Positions 25,014 to 37,914 are shown, numbered from the stretch's first letter. The stretch: 53,380 bases of DNA from Octopus bimaculoides (GCF_001194135.2 NC_068994.1:45670323-45723702); one strand, 5' to 3'. Numbers and translations are program-made. Notes: generated by a model from the sequence alone, not told the origin.

Positions 25014-25446
25014 CACACATACATATAGACTCACACTCACACACACGTACACACACACAAACTCACACATATACACCGACACATACACATTCACACATAC
25101 ACCCCCCATACACACAAACACACATATGTGTGTGCGTGTGTGCGTGCGTGTCTGTATCTATGCGCGTGTGTGTGCACGTATGCAGGGTCTGCTGGCATTT
25201 TAATTAAAATGGCGTCTGTTGAAAACACGTAGTTTTTAGAAGTGATGCAACTCCCATCGGAAATTCAGTTGGCTTCCTTTTAATGGGAGAGAGAAACAAC
25301 AACAACAACAACAGCAGCAGCAGCAGCAGCAGCAACAGTAATAACAACAGAGAACTTTCTTTCGGCAATAGAAGTGTGTAGCGACAGTGGTGATAACAAA
25401 CACAACAGCCCCGACAACAACAACCACAGCAAAAACAACAACTACA

Positions 25447-25490
<44 letters not shown>

Positions 25491-25679
25491 AATGATGGTA
25501 CATGCAATTATGTAACGATAGAAACAAAAAGACTGAACACGTCTCCCAATTCTGTGGAACATAATGGACAAATTTTGGCGTTTCATGCTGAGACTGTTTT
25601 AATTAACGGGAGGAAATAGTCGTTAAATGTATTGTGAAGAAACTTTACATACATACATGCATACATACACAAACACACA

Positions 25680-25744
<65 letters not shown>

Positions 25745-27270
25745 NNNNNNNNNNNNNNNNNNNNNNNNNNNNNNNNNNNNNNNNNNNNNNNNNNNNNNNN
25801 NNNNNNNNNNNNNNNNNNNNNNNNNNNNNNNNNNNNNNNNNNNNNNNNNNNNNNNNNNNNNNNNNNNNNNNNNNNNNNNNNNNNNNNNNNNNNNNNNNNN
25901 NNNNNNNNNNNNNNNNNNNNNNNNNNNNNNNNNNNNNNNNNNNNNNNNNNNNNNNNNNNNNNNNNNNNNNNNNNNNNNNNNNNNNNNNNNNNNNNNNNNN
26001 NNNNNNNNNNNNNNNNNNNNNNNNNNNNNNNNNNNNNNNNNNNNNNNNNNNNNNNNNNNNNNNNNNNNNNNNNNNNNNNNNNNNNNNNNNNNNNNNNNNN
26101 NNNNNNNNNNNNNNNNNNNNNNNNNNNNNNNNNNNNNNNNNNNNNNNNNNNNNNNNNNNNNNNNNNNNNNNNNNNNNNNNNNNNNNNNNNNNNNNNNNNN
26201 NNNNNNNNNNNNNNNNNNNNNNNNNNNNNNNNNNNNNNNNNNNNNNNNNNNNNNNNNNNNNNNNNNNNNNNNNNNNNNNNNNNNNNNNNNNNNNNNNNNN
26301 NNNNNNNNNNNNNNNNNNNNNNNNNNNNNNNNNNNNNNNNNNNNNNNNNNNNNNNNNNNNNNNNNNNNNNNNNNNNNNNNNNNNNNNNNNNNNNNNNNNN
26401 NNNNNNNNNNNNNNNNNNNNNNNNNNNNNNNNNNNNNNNNNNNNNNNNNNNNNNNNNNNNNNNNNNNNNNNNNNNNNNNNNNNNNNNNNNNNNNNNNATA
26501 TATATATTTATAGGTTATTAACAATGCTACAGAAGTTACTCGCGAGTTTCGTATTTCGTGTATATACGCACATACTCCGTTCATATTTCTTTTTTGTGTG
26601 CCTACATCCATATTTACTCCTTAGCGTGCAAGCATGTACGTACATGCACTCATCGATTCACGAGTATGTGCATGTATGCTCATGCGTAGATGTACACGTA
26701 TCTCTTTAAAAATACGCCATATAACAAATGTCTGGGATGAAATAAGAACAGCTAGAAATAAAATAGACGTGGAGAAGAAAAACGAATAATGGATAAGAAT
26801 ACAATACAAAAAAAAAAAATGGATCATGAATGTTAAAAAGGAAAAGATAAAAGAGAATAAGGGAAAAGAATCAGGAATAGTAAGAAACAGAAAAAGAGAA
26901 AGTTGCGTGAGTAACTGAGATACTGAGAAGGTGAAGAAGAGAGATGGAGAAAGATAAATTCATGCGTATATTTTCAGAGGTAGATGGAATAGGAAACATT
27001 ATGAGTGTAGGTGAGTGACGGAGAGGAAGCAGCAGCAGAAGACTATAAGAAGGATGACCCTAGCATCCCCCTCATTATATTTTAAGGGAGTGGAAAAGGA
27101 ATTGATTCGTTAATGTTGAAAGTTATTTAATGGATTTAGTATTCATAGTTGCGCAGTAGATCACATTATATCATTATTACGGCTCAACGCTGTGAACAGA
27201 GCGCTCTCTTATTATGACATAAGGTTATATGAAGAGATGTATTAAGAAATAGATTTATTAGGTGAGTCTA

Positions 27271-28173
27271 TCTACTACATATGTGGGGAAATCTGTCTCT
27301 GGGTGTGTTTGTGGAGTTGTTAGCTAACTCCTCCTACATCGTTTTATCGATTTTGATGAAACTTGACACGTGAGTAGAACTCGTGTCTGGAAACCTCGTG
27401 GCATACTCAGATTGCTGAAAAACATCGATAACAGGGCCCCTGGAAAGGATCCTTATATTTATCTAATATATTTTATTTTAAAAACAAAGGGAAATAACCC
27501 GTTCGCCCATGGAAGGGATCCTTATATATAGCCAAGGGAAATAACTCATTCATTTTCCTAAGTTATTTGGTAAAAATGAAACTGAGTATACTTATTACTT
27601 AGTATTCGAACTGTTCGAGTTATTTTCGCAATTTATCCAGTACAACCCTTAAACAAGTAAATAGTATTTTCCTAAACAATAGATCAAATTATTTCGGTTA
27701 GTGACTTATTCACGAATATACCAACACTAGCGTCTCTGAGGGGAATATTTTCTGGGAACGCACATAAGCCCTTTCCAGAGTTATTTACTTTGAATTGTTA
27801 TTATTTCATATCTGATTAGCTTGTAATTACGTAACATGCTTCACAATTACCTTATTAGTATTTCCTCCTATGTTCTATATACTTTGGGAACGCATTAAAG
27901 CCCTTTTCGGGGCTACCTCATTTGAATTCTTACTATCGGGTAATTAATTTCATGTTATTACATAACTGGCTTCACAATCTAGGTATTCATGACTTATTGG
28001 GAATTCCTAAAAACAAGATCTTGTTTAAAACAGTTTGACATTCTCTGTAAATGCTCAAAAACCGTTTTAAGGGCTGCATACTTTGTATTGTTGTAATTGG
28101 ATTAGCGAACACATGAGAACGGAACCAAAGTATAAGCCCCGCTTTCCCGGGAATTACCGGGTACATCAGCTAG
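27271..28173 (+). mobile_element. Non-autonomous Helitron (rolling-circle element)
   Basis: 5' a|TCtactacatat, 3' CTAG|t, subterminal hairpin cccgg-gaatta-ccggg (28146-28161) ~9 nt before CTAG, and internal atcgattttgatgaaacttgacac typical of such elements. Confidence 0.75.
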
Positions 28174-28393
28174 TATACAAAATATACAGGCACAAGATTT
28201 AAGTGGCTATGGGAGTTTTTTTTTATATATGTTTACTATCCGTAAGGATGCACTACGCTTGTTTCTTCACAGAATTTTCATGAACTCGAGTGAAGGGAAA
28301 GCTTTGTAAAACAATAGTTTCGTTTACCAGGCGTTAAAACAGAAACAGCCCAAGCCTCATATATAAAGAGGAATATTATATCTTTTATTTTTT

Positions 28394-28589
28394 ATTTGTT
28401 TCAATTATCGGATTGCAGCCATGCTGGTGCACCACCCTGAAGAGTTTATTCTAACATATCGACCCTACTACTAATATGCCTGGTACTTATTCTGTTGGCC
28501 ACTTTTAACAAACCGCTAAGTTACGGAGACGTTACCAGACCAACACCGATTTTCAAGCGTAGGATGGAGAAACATAAACACAAAGACAG
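28394..28589 (-). mobile_element. SINE-like family B, 3' half
   Basis: ttgtttcaatt..gcagccatgctggtgcacc..aaccgctaagttacggagacgt..caacaccg. Confidence 0.7.
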
Positions 28590-28764
28590 NNNNNNNNNNN
28601 NNNNNNNNNNNNNNNNNNNNNNNNNNNNNNNNNNNNNNNNNNNNNNNNNNNNNNNNNNNNNNNNNNNNNNNNNNNNNNNNNNNNNNNNNNNNNNNNNNNN
28701 NNNNNNNNNNNNNNNNNNNNNNNNNNCACACACACGTTTATTATATATACATACATAAAGAAAA

Positions 28765-28803
<39 letters not shown>

Positions 28804-29452
28804 AGAGAGAGAGAGGGAGAGAGAGAGAGGGAGACAGACATAGAGAGAGACAAACAGACATAGAGAGAGTCAGACAGAGAGAGAGGAGGTTTCTCATGCA
28901 GTTTTTGTTTACTAAATTCACTCACACAGCATTGATCGGCCCTACGCTGTAATAGTTACCGCGCATTGGGACTTAAACCCCAAACAACGTTAAGTTGCAA
29001 GCCAGACATAAAGCGGGCTGGTTACCACACAGTCGTTCTAGCACCTATATACAATGAATCTTTCTCTTCCTCACAATTGAAAATGCGGCAAATATCAGCA
29101 ACGGATATATCATTTTCATATCCTAAATCAATTTTGCGTCTATATTTTCGCATGTATGTAAAAATCACATAGTCATTGTAATTCTGGTTTAATCATCGAA
29201 CACTCTGTTTTACAACAAAACAAAGATATATTAAAGTGTTGTATTTTGAGAATTCTGCATCCTTATTGAGAACGAAGACTTCTCAACCGACATTGATGTT
29301 ATTTGCGGCGTGACGCAAAGCAAACTGGGAACTTATCAAAGCTAAAAGCGGACAAAGAGTCCTGCCGCGTAGGCGCGTAGTGAAACGCATTTCAGGTGCT
29401 GCTACGGGAAGAAGCGTGTTCAGAAATAACAATGTATACATACATAATACGT

Positions 29453-29509
<57 letters not shown>

Positions 29510-29577
29510 NNNNNNNNNNNNNNNNNNNNNNNNNNNNNNNNNNNNNNNNNNNNNNNNNNNNNNNNNNNNNNNNNNNN

Positions 29578-29617
<40 letters not shown>

Positions 29618-30196
29618 TATTCACACAAATAAAAATCGAAATTGCTAATGGATATCATAAATTGAAATATATTAAATGATATAGTCCATTAGTGATAATA
29701 CATTATGACTCACATGACATGAATAAAAACCGGAGCCCTTACTAGAAAATTAATGACATATATACATTGTTGTTTGCTTCCTGTAGAGTATTGCATCATG
29801 GGTTTGAATAAGGACCAAGGATTATATCACATTCTGTACATAAAAAATCTGCACCCACGCCTTTTGAATTTAGCCGCTAGATAGTAAATATGCATAAGGA
29901 GCATGTATGCACTATCTTCACCTGCTAAAATTATCGCTCAAACTCCTTCAAACTACTATCTTTCACTTTTAAAAGGAAAGGCAGAATGACTGTAGATGTT
30001 ATACGTTTGAGTATAGATCCTATGGATCAGTGCTGAACTGTAGTTAAACGATAATAAGCTGTTGTAGTGTAGTAGGCAGAGTTTAAGAAATGTATGCTAA
30101 GTAAACACACATTATGCTGCCACTATAATCGTGTAAAGGCATTAATGTACGCACACGCGCAAAATCTCTCATATTAACGCCAAAGAAATAACAGCA

Positions 30197-30545
30197 ATGG
30201 ATACGAGGAAATGAAACAATTCAACGACAAAATATTATAATTCCAACTAAGAAAATCTTACATAAAACAGGAAACCGGAAAATAGAAAACTATTACAAAG
30301 ATTATGCGAAATAGGAGAGACGATGCTTCGCAACAGAAGTATAGACTTGGATTTATATATGTCCACCACAAAAGTAAGTAATGGATACTTTGAAAAATGA
30401 CCTCCTTAATTTAATCAGGAATATAGAATTCTGAAACAGAACTATAACTTTCTCGTTAAGCTAAATTCTAATACAAATGCTATAAAATCTCAATGGAATT
30501 GCCTATCATTCTTCAATAAGCACAGGACTTCTTCCAGTAGCCATC
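30197..30545 (+). mobile_element. Decayed Penelope-like retroelement, N-terminal RT region
   Basis: CPPQK*VMDTLKNDLLNLIRNIEF* (30360-30434), then frameshifted NFLVKLNSNTNAIKS. This matches the recalled PLE motif CPP..L..FE.DL..LI.NIEF....FQ.KL..DI..IKS. Confidence 0.55.
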
Positions 30546-30988
30546 AAATTTCGTCAAATAATTTAGATCTGTCGCAATGAATAATTTATACATAGCAATA
30601 CTCGTCACGAGATGTTTCGCGTTCCGGTGAAGAAGCATGCTGGGCAAAGTAATTTGGAGAGGACAAACGTTATCGTTAATGTGGACAGGTTGAGCTGAAG
30701 CAAAATGTGTGCATTACTAATATGCAATGTGATGAATGCTCACTGGAACTTTTAGGCATAACAGTTTCGTATGTGAATAATTGGAGGCGTTTGGAACAAT
30801 TGTCGGACTGACGATACTTCAATCTCTGGCGGTGACTCAAACGTTTGTAGGTGGGTTTCTCATATATGTATAATATACACATGTACATATCTGTGTACGT
30901 ACACACACACATACACATACACACATACAGAGGCACGCACAGACACACACACATGCATATATATGTGTGTGTGTGTATGTGTGTGTGT

Positions 30989-31020
<32 letters not shown>

Positions 31021-31023
31021 AGT

Positions 31024-31301
31024 GTTGTGTTTGGGGATGGTCATGTTGCCAGTTTAGCCAATAAAAACACACGCACTATATATTTGGTGTTCACTTGCTT
31101 CAGCTTTATTTTATATTAATTGTATTTCGGCCAGAGATCTTTCGTCACACTCCTGTGACCTCACTAGAAAAAAGAAAGAAAGAAAGAACTCTGGCCGAAA
31201 TACAATTAACATAAAATAAAGGTGAAACAAGTGAACACCAAATATATAGTGCATGTGTTTTTATTGGTTAAACTGGCGACGTGATCATCCCCAAATACAA
31301 C
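31024..31301. repeat. Long inverted repeat (arms 31024-31136 and 31189-31301, 52-nt loop)
   Basis: Arms align with about 9 mismatches over ~113 bp, nearly all transitions. Confidence 0.92.
31134..31167 (-). ncRNA. Degenerate minimal hammerhead-ribozyme-like core
   Basis: Minus strand CUAGUGA-G-GUCAC-aggagu-GUGAC-GAA-A(GAUC)U-C. It has stem II, GAAA, a palindromic AGAUCU mini-helix III and a UC site, but the core reads CUAGUGA rather than CUGANGA. Confidence 0.3.
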
Positions 31302-31377
31302 AATATCTATTTCAACACACGAATTCACATCAAGAACCTTGCAAAANNNNNNNNNNGATGATCATCATCATCATGAA

Positions 31378-31560
31378 AGGTAGTGAACCGGAAGAATCGT
31401 TAGCACGTCGTCCGGTATGTTTAGCGTTATTTGTTCAGATTCAAAATGGTCTGAGTTCAAATTCCGTCGTGGCCGAATTTACCGATCATCTTTTCTGGGT
31501 TGATAATAATATGTACTTGCGCAGTACTGGGGTCGATGTAACCGACTTGCACACCCCCAC
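31378..31560 (+). mobile_element. SINE-like family A copy
   Basis: gaatcgttagcacgtcg..ctgagttcaaattccgtcg..tactggggtcgatgtaaccgactt. Confidence 0.75.
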
Positions 31561-31698
31561 AGACACATTCAAATGAACTGGCCTCGTACCAATGTTAACA
31601 AGGAATTATTTTATTCTCGGCATTCTCATCACCATCACCACTACCACCACCATCATCATTACAGCCACAACAACCACAACTGCAAAAATATATATATT

Positions 31699-31900
31699 GG
31701 TTGCAAATTTTGGCACAAGACCAGCAATTGCAGGGCTGGAGGTAAGTCGATTACATCGGCCCCAGTGCTCAACTAGTATTTATTTCGTCGACCTCGGGAA
31801 GACGAAAGGCAAAAGTCGATCCCGGGGGCATTTGAACTCAAAACCTAACGTCGGAAGAAATGCCGCTAAAGCATTTTATCCGGCGCGGTAACGATTCTAC
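31699..31900 (-). mobile_element. SINE-like family A copy (inverted relative to 31378-31560)
   Basis: aaattttggcacaagaccagcaatt..aagtcgattacatcg.ccccagtgc..gacgaaaggcaaaagtcga..atttgaactca..gtaacgattct. Confidence 0.8.
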
Positions 31901-32330
31901 AAAGCATAAAAATATATCAAAAGACAATCGATTAAGATTAAAATAAATTTCACCAACTACATACAATGGAATCGATTAACGTTTGCTGAAGACGTTCCCG
32001 CTTATGATGTAAATTATTGTGCATATATTGTTGCTAATAATGCTTCGAATTTTACTGCTGCAGCTGTTGATATTGTTGTTGTTGTTGTTGTTGCTGCATT
32101 TGCAGCTATTTCTCTTCTCTCTTCTATTTAAAAAGATCAAAGACATTTTATTTTAGGTGAAAATGAAGTAAGTAAAGGGAAATTAATGAGGCATTACTTT
32201 TCAGAACAATTATATTCCCATATCGGTTTTCATTATAGCAAAGAGGAAATAGAGATATGTTGACATTTGCGTAGATTGATTGAACTGATAGATACAGAGA
32301 TGCGATGTGATGATAGATCGATATATATAC

Positions 32331-32387
<57 letters not shown>

Positions 32388-32904
32388 NNNNNNNNNNNNN
32401 NNNNNNNNNNNNNNNNNNNNNNNNNNNNNNNNNNNNNNNNNNNNNNNNNNNNNNNNNNNNNNNNNNNNNNNNNNNNNNNNNNNNNNNNNNNNNNNNNNNN
32501 NNNNNNNNNNNNNNNNNNNNNNNNNNNNNNNNNNNNNNNNNNNNNNNNNNNNNNNNNNNNNNNNNNNNNNNNNNNNNNNNNNNNNNNNNNNNNNNNNNNN
32601 NNNNNNNNNNNNNNNNNNNNNNNNNNNNNNNNNNNNNNNNNNNNNNNNNNNNNNNNNNNNNNNNNNNNNNNNNNNNNNNNNNNNNNNNNNNNNNNNNNNN
32701 NNNNNNNNNNNNNNNNNNNNNNNNNNNNNNNNNNNNNNNNNNNNNNNNNNNNNNNNNNNNNNNNNNNNNNNNNNNNNNNNNNNNNNNNNNNNNNNNNNNN
32801 NNNNNNNNNNNNNNNNNNNNNNNNNNNNNNNNNNNNNNNNNNNNNNNNNNNNNNNNNNNNNNNNNNNNNNNNNATTTATATTATTATATATATGTATACA
32901 CACA

Positions 32905-32956
<52 letters not shown>

Positions 32957-33874
32957 AGTAAATACACGTATTCCTGCATATCTACACAAGATTAAATATG
33001 CCATGTTTACAAAGACATACACATATATGCATACAGCAACACTTGCATACATACATACATACATGCATGCATACACACACACACACATACATATTTACTT
33101 ACTGAGAGGGCGAGAGAAAAAGAGCGGGGAAGGGTGAATTTGGAAATATGTGCCTAGAGATATGCAGAAAAATAAATTCGTCAAAAGCTACGCTATGTAA
33201 CTTTACATATAAACGACTACAGTTATGCTTTTGGTGTATGTGTATGTGTACGTGTGTGTATCTGTGGATGTGTGTGTGTTTGTGCGCCTGAGTGACTGTG
33301 CATGTCTATGTTTTTGTGTATATGCGCATATATTATTAGACAGTGGCACACATACCCACACATTGTATTATTCATATATATATATGTACATGGACAAGAA
33401 TACTAAGCTGCTTATGCAAATATATATATTTCATAATTTTAATACACACACACACACACACATATATATATATGTATGTATGTATATATGTATGTATTTA
33501 TTTCTTTAGTTTAATATATACATATATATGTTTTATATTGAATGATATTAGTATACGCGTATATCGTATAATGTATTCAATAATTTTAATTCACACACTC
33601 ATACACACACACGCACACACATACACATGCAGAAGAACATAAATTACATTTGAAACGTTGAAATGCTGTTATTAAATTTGCTTATTAAATTCCTGAAGAG
33701 GTGTTATTTCCAGCTTTGATTGAACCATATAAATAACTTTATTAATCGAGTAGTCTTTGACGCACCACCTGCTCTCAAAATCTTATTCCGAATATAAGCA
33801 AAATTGTGGCAGTTACCGTGGATCGTCTCCCTCAGAGTAATTTTGACATCTTCCAGAGTTACGTGCCGAAAATA

Positions 33875-33930
33875 TGTGACTCTCTCTCTCTCTCACGCTC
33901 TCTCTTCCTCTCTCTCTCTCACGCTCTCTC

Positions 33931-33966
<36 letters not shown>

Positions 33967-33995
33967 GCTCTCTCTTCCTCTCTCTCTCTCTCTCA
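33875..33995. repeat. (CT)n tract with a higher-order unit (tcacgctctctcttcctctctc) x3
   Basis: Direct reading. Confidence 0.85.
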
Positions 33996-34589
33996 CACAC
34001 AAATCAAAACAACAGCTACAAAAATAAACCTCTAGTATTCCAACATCTGATCCTTTTTGTCGTCTGCTGTTTTGCTATAAATAGTAGCGACATCTTCCTG
34101 TCTTTTATTTTTTTAAATAGTGATGGGGGCTTTCTACTATGTTGTTCTAAAAAGATTCCCAATGTCACTATCTGAATAAAGAAAAAAGAACATGCATCGT
34201 ATGCAGAAGTAAATTATAAACAATAAATTAAAGTATATTTTAAACGTCAGCGTCAAAATTTTCGATACATGCAATAACGACGGCCATTGCGCCCGTAGCA
34301 TTAGGTAACCTCTTGATTTATGTGTGTTATATTAGAATGCGCATGATCAAACGTTGTTAATACTACGCTATGAATGTTATCTCTAAATCTTGTAAAATAC
34401 CAATGTATATAAACAGACATCCACAAATTTGTACACACACACAGGCACAGACACACAGATGGAGGAGATATCTTCCTGAAGTTATAAACGTCAGTAGTAC
34501 TGTCCTGTATAGGACGCCACTCTTGGTTGGCAATTATGTTACGGTTCCGTACTGCTACTGCTTATATCCCGCTCAGAGATTTAATATAG

Positions 34590-34626
<37 letters not shown>

Positions 34627-34975
34627 NNNNNNNNNNNNNNNNNNNNNNNNNNNNNNNNNNNNNNNNNNNNNNNNNNNNNNNNNNNNNNNNNNNNNNNNNN
34701 NNNNNNNNNNNNNNNNNNNNNNNNNNNNNNNNNNNNNNNNNNNNNNNNNNNNNNNNNNNNNNNNNNNNNNNNNNNNNNNNNNNNNNNNNNNNNNNNNNNN
34801 NNNNNNNNNNNNNNNNNNNNNNNNNNNNNNNNNNNNNNNNNNNNNNNNNNNNNNNCCGAAACTCAGAGTTTTATCATGGCTACCGAATAACTGTCACATA
34901 TAATATTTACAGATAAATTCCTCTATTTACATAATATCGTGGTCTCTTTCATTCTTTTGTTGTCTTCCCATTTCT

Positions 34976-35021
<46 letters not shown>

Positions 35022-35023
35022 TA

Positions 35024-35190
35024 TACTCTTTACGCTTTTACTTGTTTCAGTCATTTGCCTGCGGCCATGCTGGAGCACCGCCTTTAGTCGAGCAAATCGA
35101 CCCCAGGACTTATTCTTTGTAAGCCTAGTATATATTCTATCGGCCTGTTTTGCCTAACCGCTAAGTTACGGGGACGTAAACACACCAGCA
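35024..35190 (-). mobile_element. SINE-like family B, 3' half
   Basis: Near-identical to 35651-35820 (cttgtttcagtcattt..gcggccatgctgg..ccgctaagttacgggga.gtaaacacacc). Confidence 0.9.
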
Positions 35191-35314
35191 TATATATGTG
35201 TGTGTGTATGTATGTAGGTATATGCAAATTCGTAGATACCTGACTCTTGGAATACCTAATACGTGGAAGTTAGTGCAAGTAAACAGAATGCTCTAATATT
35301 ACACCGACCCACAT

Positions 35315-35379
35315 CAATGTACTTATTATTTGCACCAATGTACTTATTATTTGCACCAATGTACTTACTAATCATGCAC
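35315..35379. repeat. 21-bp tandem repeat (caatgtacttattatttgcac), ~3 copies
   Basis: Direct reading; the third copy is degenerate. Confidence 0.9.
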
Positions 35380-35650
35380 CAGCAGAAGCTTTTACATTTC
35401 TCGAATTAACTGATAAAATACATTTTGTTATGAATTGGCGTGAATTCAAGCGATTTTGAAGCAGTAAACAAAACGATTTTGGTATGATTGAAAGAGCGGT
35501 CTTTTGGGAAGTGAAATATATATATATACGATTCTCCGGTATAATTAAAACGCCTTTACGAAGGTAATTCAAGTTTCTTAATGCATTCTTTCAGCTTGCT
35601 TCGCCAGCTTGTATGATTAATGCTGTACATAGAAGGATGTATACACAGAC

Positions 35651-35869
35651 TTTACTCTTTTACTCTTTTACTTGTTTCAGTCATTTGACTGCGGCCATGC
35701 TGGGGCACCGCCTTTAGTCGAGCAAATCGACCCCAGGACTTATTCTTTGTAAGCCTAGTACTTATTCTATCGGTCTCTTTTGCTGAACCGCTAAGTTACG
35801 GGGATGTAAACACACCACCATCGGTTGTCAAGCTATGTTGGGGGGACAAACAGAGACACACAAACATAT

Positions 35870-35906
<37 letters not shown>

Positions 35907-36067
35907 ACAGGCTTCTTTCAGTTTCCGTTTACCAAATCCATTCACAAGGCTTTGGTCGGCCCGAGGCTATAGTAGAAGACACTTGCCCAAGATGCCACGC
36001 AGTGGGAATGAACCCGGAACCATGTGGTTGGTAAGCAAGCTACTTACCACAAAGCTACTCCTGCGCC
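35651..36067 (-). mobile_element. SINE-like family B, full length
   Basis: Reverse complement of 50906-51325: tRNA-like head (ggcgcaggagtagct..ccgggttcattcccactgcgtggc), internal microsatellite and (aagagta)n tail. Confidence 0.9.
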
Positions 36068-37219
36068 TGAATCTTTCTAAATATATGTTTTTTAATAAAT
36101 TAGATATCAATACTGTTGGTCTAAATATACACTTGTAATTGCTTTTCAACACTGATGAGAAAAGAAAAAAAGAAAGAAATGATTTATCATGTCATCTTTA
36201 TATATTCAGAAGTCTCAGGTCAAAATCGATATGGAACTAATGAGTACCTTAAATAATCTCATGCTACCATACAGATAAAATACACCCACATTAACACATG
36301 TATGACATTTGCAATATGGATATCATACAAGACTTTTGTTGATGGTTACGCATGTAATACTTTTGCACGATTAGTGCAAAAGAAATTCGTCTGTTCTCAT
36401 CTTATATGCTATTTGGCTAAGAACGAGGTTATTCAATGTGAAATACATTTCCACGACTTCCAAATACATTGTATTCTGAATCTGAAAAATCGTTGTTATC
36501 TAATTAAGGACGACAGTTGTATTTTGAAGTAAAATCCATTCCGCATCCTTTCGAAATTAACCCCGATATAAATTATATGACACACAAACTCAACGAGGGT
36601 TTGCAATGAACTGTTTGGGTGAATGAAAACGATATAAATGAATGATAAAAACCAGTGCATTTAAGATTGGGACCAGATCAGTAATAATCGAAAATATATA
36701 AATGTAACTGGACTTTCCTTGGTTATAATGAAACAAATGTTATTGACATATTTTATATTTTTATTTCAAAAGCAATGTTCGGAATCCGATACTTTGAGCG
36801 CTCCGCAAGTAAATGAAAATATGCGCTCTCCGCCTCCTATCTATACCTAACGACATATATAACGTTATATGAAACGGCCAAAGAAAATTATGAGCATAAT
36901 ATGTTTTGCCCGAAAAATTTCTGTCAGATAGTATTTGCTATTCGAACTATAGAGGCTGTTAGTGGAAATGAGCGATAAAAATATTAAATGACCCACCACA
37001 ACATAACCATCACTCTCTAATTGTCTCTCTATGTATCCATATATATATATATATCTATCCCTATCAATTAAGTCCATGGTCACTTCCCTATCCTACCTCT
37101 GTCATTTTTATAAATCATGTTCTCCGTGCTTACCTCTCATACCCCATGATTGGCTCCCATGTAATAGATGACTTGTCCTATTTGGTGCCTACACTGGCTT
37201 TTCTCCTTCCTTTCCGAAC

Positions 37220-37340
37220 AAGTCCTTGATTTGCCCAAAGCTATACTAGAAGACAGTTGTAACGAGTGTAACGAGTAGGACTGAACTCGTGACCATGTAG
37301 TTGAGAAGCAAGCTTCTTACCACACAGTCATGCCTACGCT
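37220..37340 (-). mobile_element. SINE-like family B head, decayed
   Basis: ggactgaactcgtgaccatgtagttgagaagcaagcttcttaccacacagtcatgcctacgc is the reverse complement of the head. Confidence 0.7.
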
Positions 37341-37444
37341 TGTATACATGATACCTGGTGTTGTTTTCCGGTTTTGATGGTATTTCTTCTCTTTTCCTGT
37401 TGCAGGATGAAGCTTTATTTTTATTATTATTTTGGTGTAGTAAT

Positions 37445-37660
37445 GCAGCTACCTGGCAGAATTGTTAGCACGCCGGGCAAAATGCTTAGCAGCATTTCGT
37501 CCGTCTTCACAGTCTAAATTCAATTACCGCCGGGATCGACTTCGCCTTTCATTCTTTCGGCATGGATAAAATAAGTACCATTTGAGTACTGGGGTTGATA
37601 TAATCGACTTATCCCCTCTCTCGAAATAGCTGGTCCAGTGCTAAAGATTGAAACCAGTAT
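37445..37660 (+). mobile_element. SINE-like family A copy
   Basis: ctggcagaattgttagcacgccgggcaaaatgcttagc..atcgacttcgcctttcattctttcgg..ataaaataagtacc..tactggggttgatataatcgactt. Confidence 0.85.
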
Positions 37661-37914
37661 TTTGGTGGTATAATGTCCGTATTACAATTTTAGGATAGAC
37701 AAAGGAACTTTAAGTCTTTTCGCTGTATCACCAGAAGCTTGTTAATATGCAAAATAAAATATTGCATTTTGCAGTTGATATGTAACATGTGATATATGTA
37801 TTTATTCGCACACACAGACAGGCACAAAGACGCACACACGTATCAGTATGATATGTGTACGTATATATAGACATATACACGTGTATAATGTATATATATC
37901 CGCATGTAAATATA

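Noticed and set aside
25583-26709. Long ORFs of 295-360 aa
   Set aside because: They consist of N-gap and (CA)/(TA) repeats
32148-32995. ORFs of 216-263 aa
   Set aside because: They consist of N-gap and (TA)/(CA) repeats
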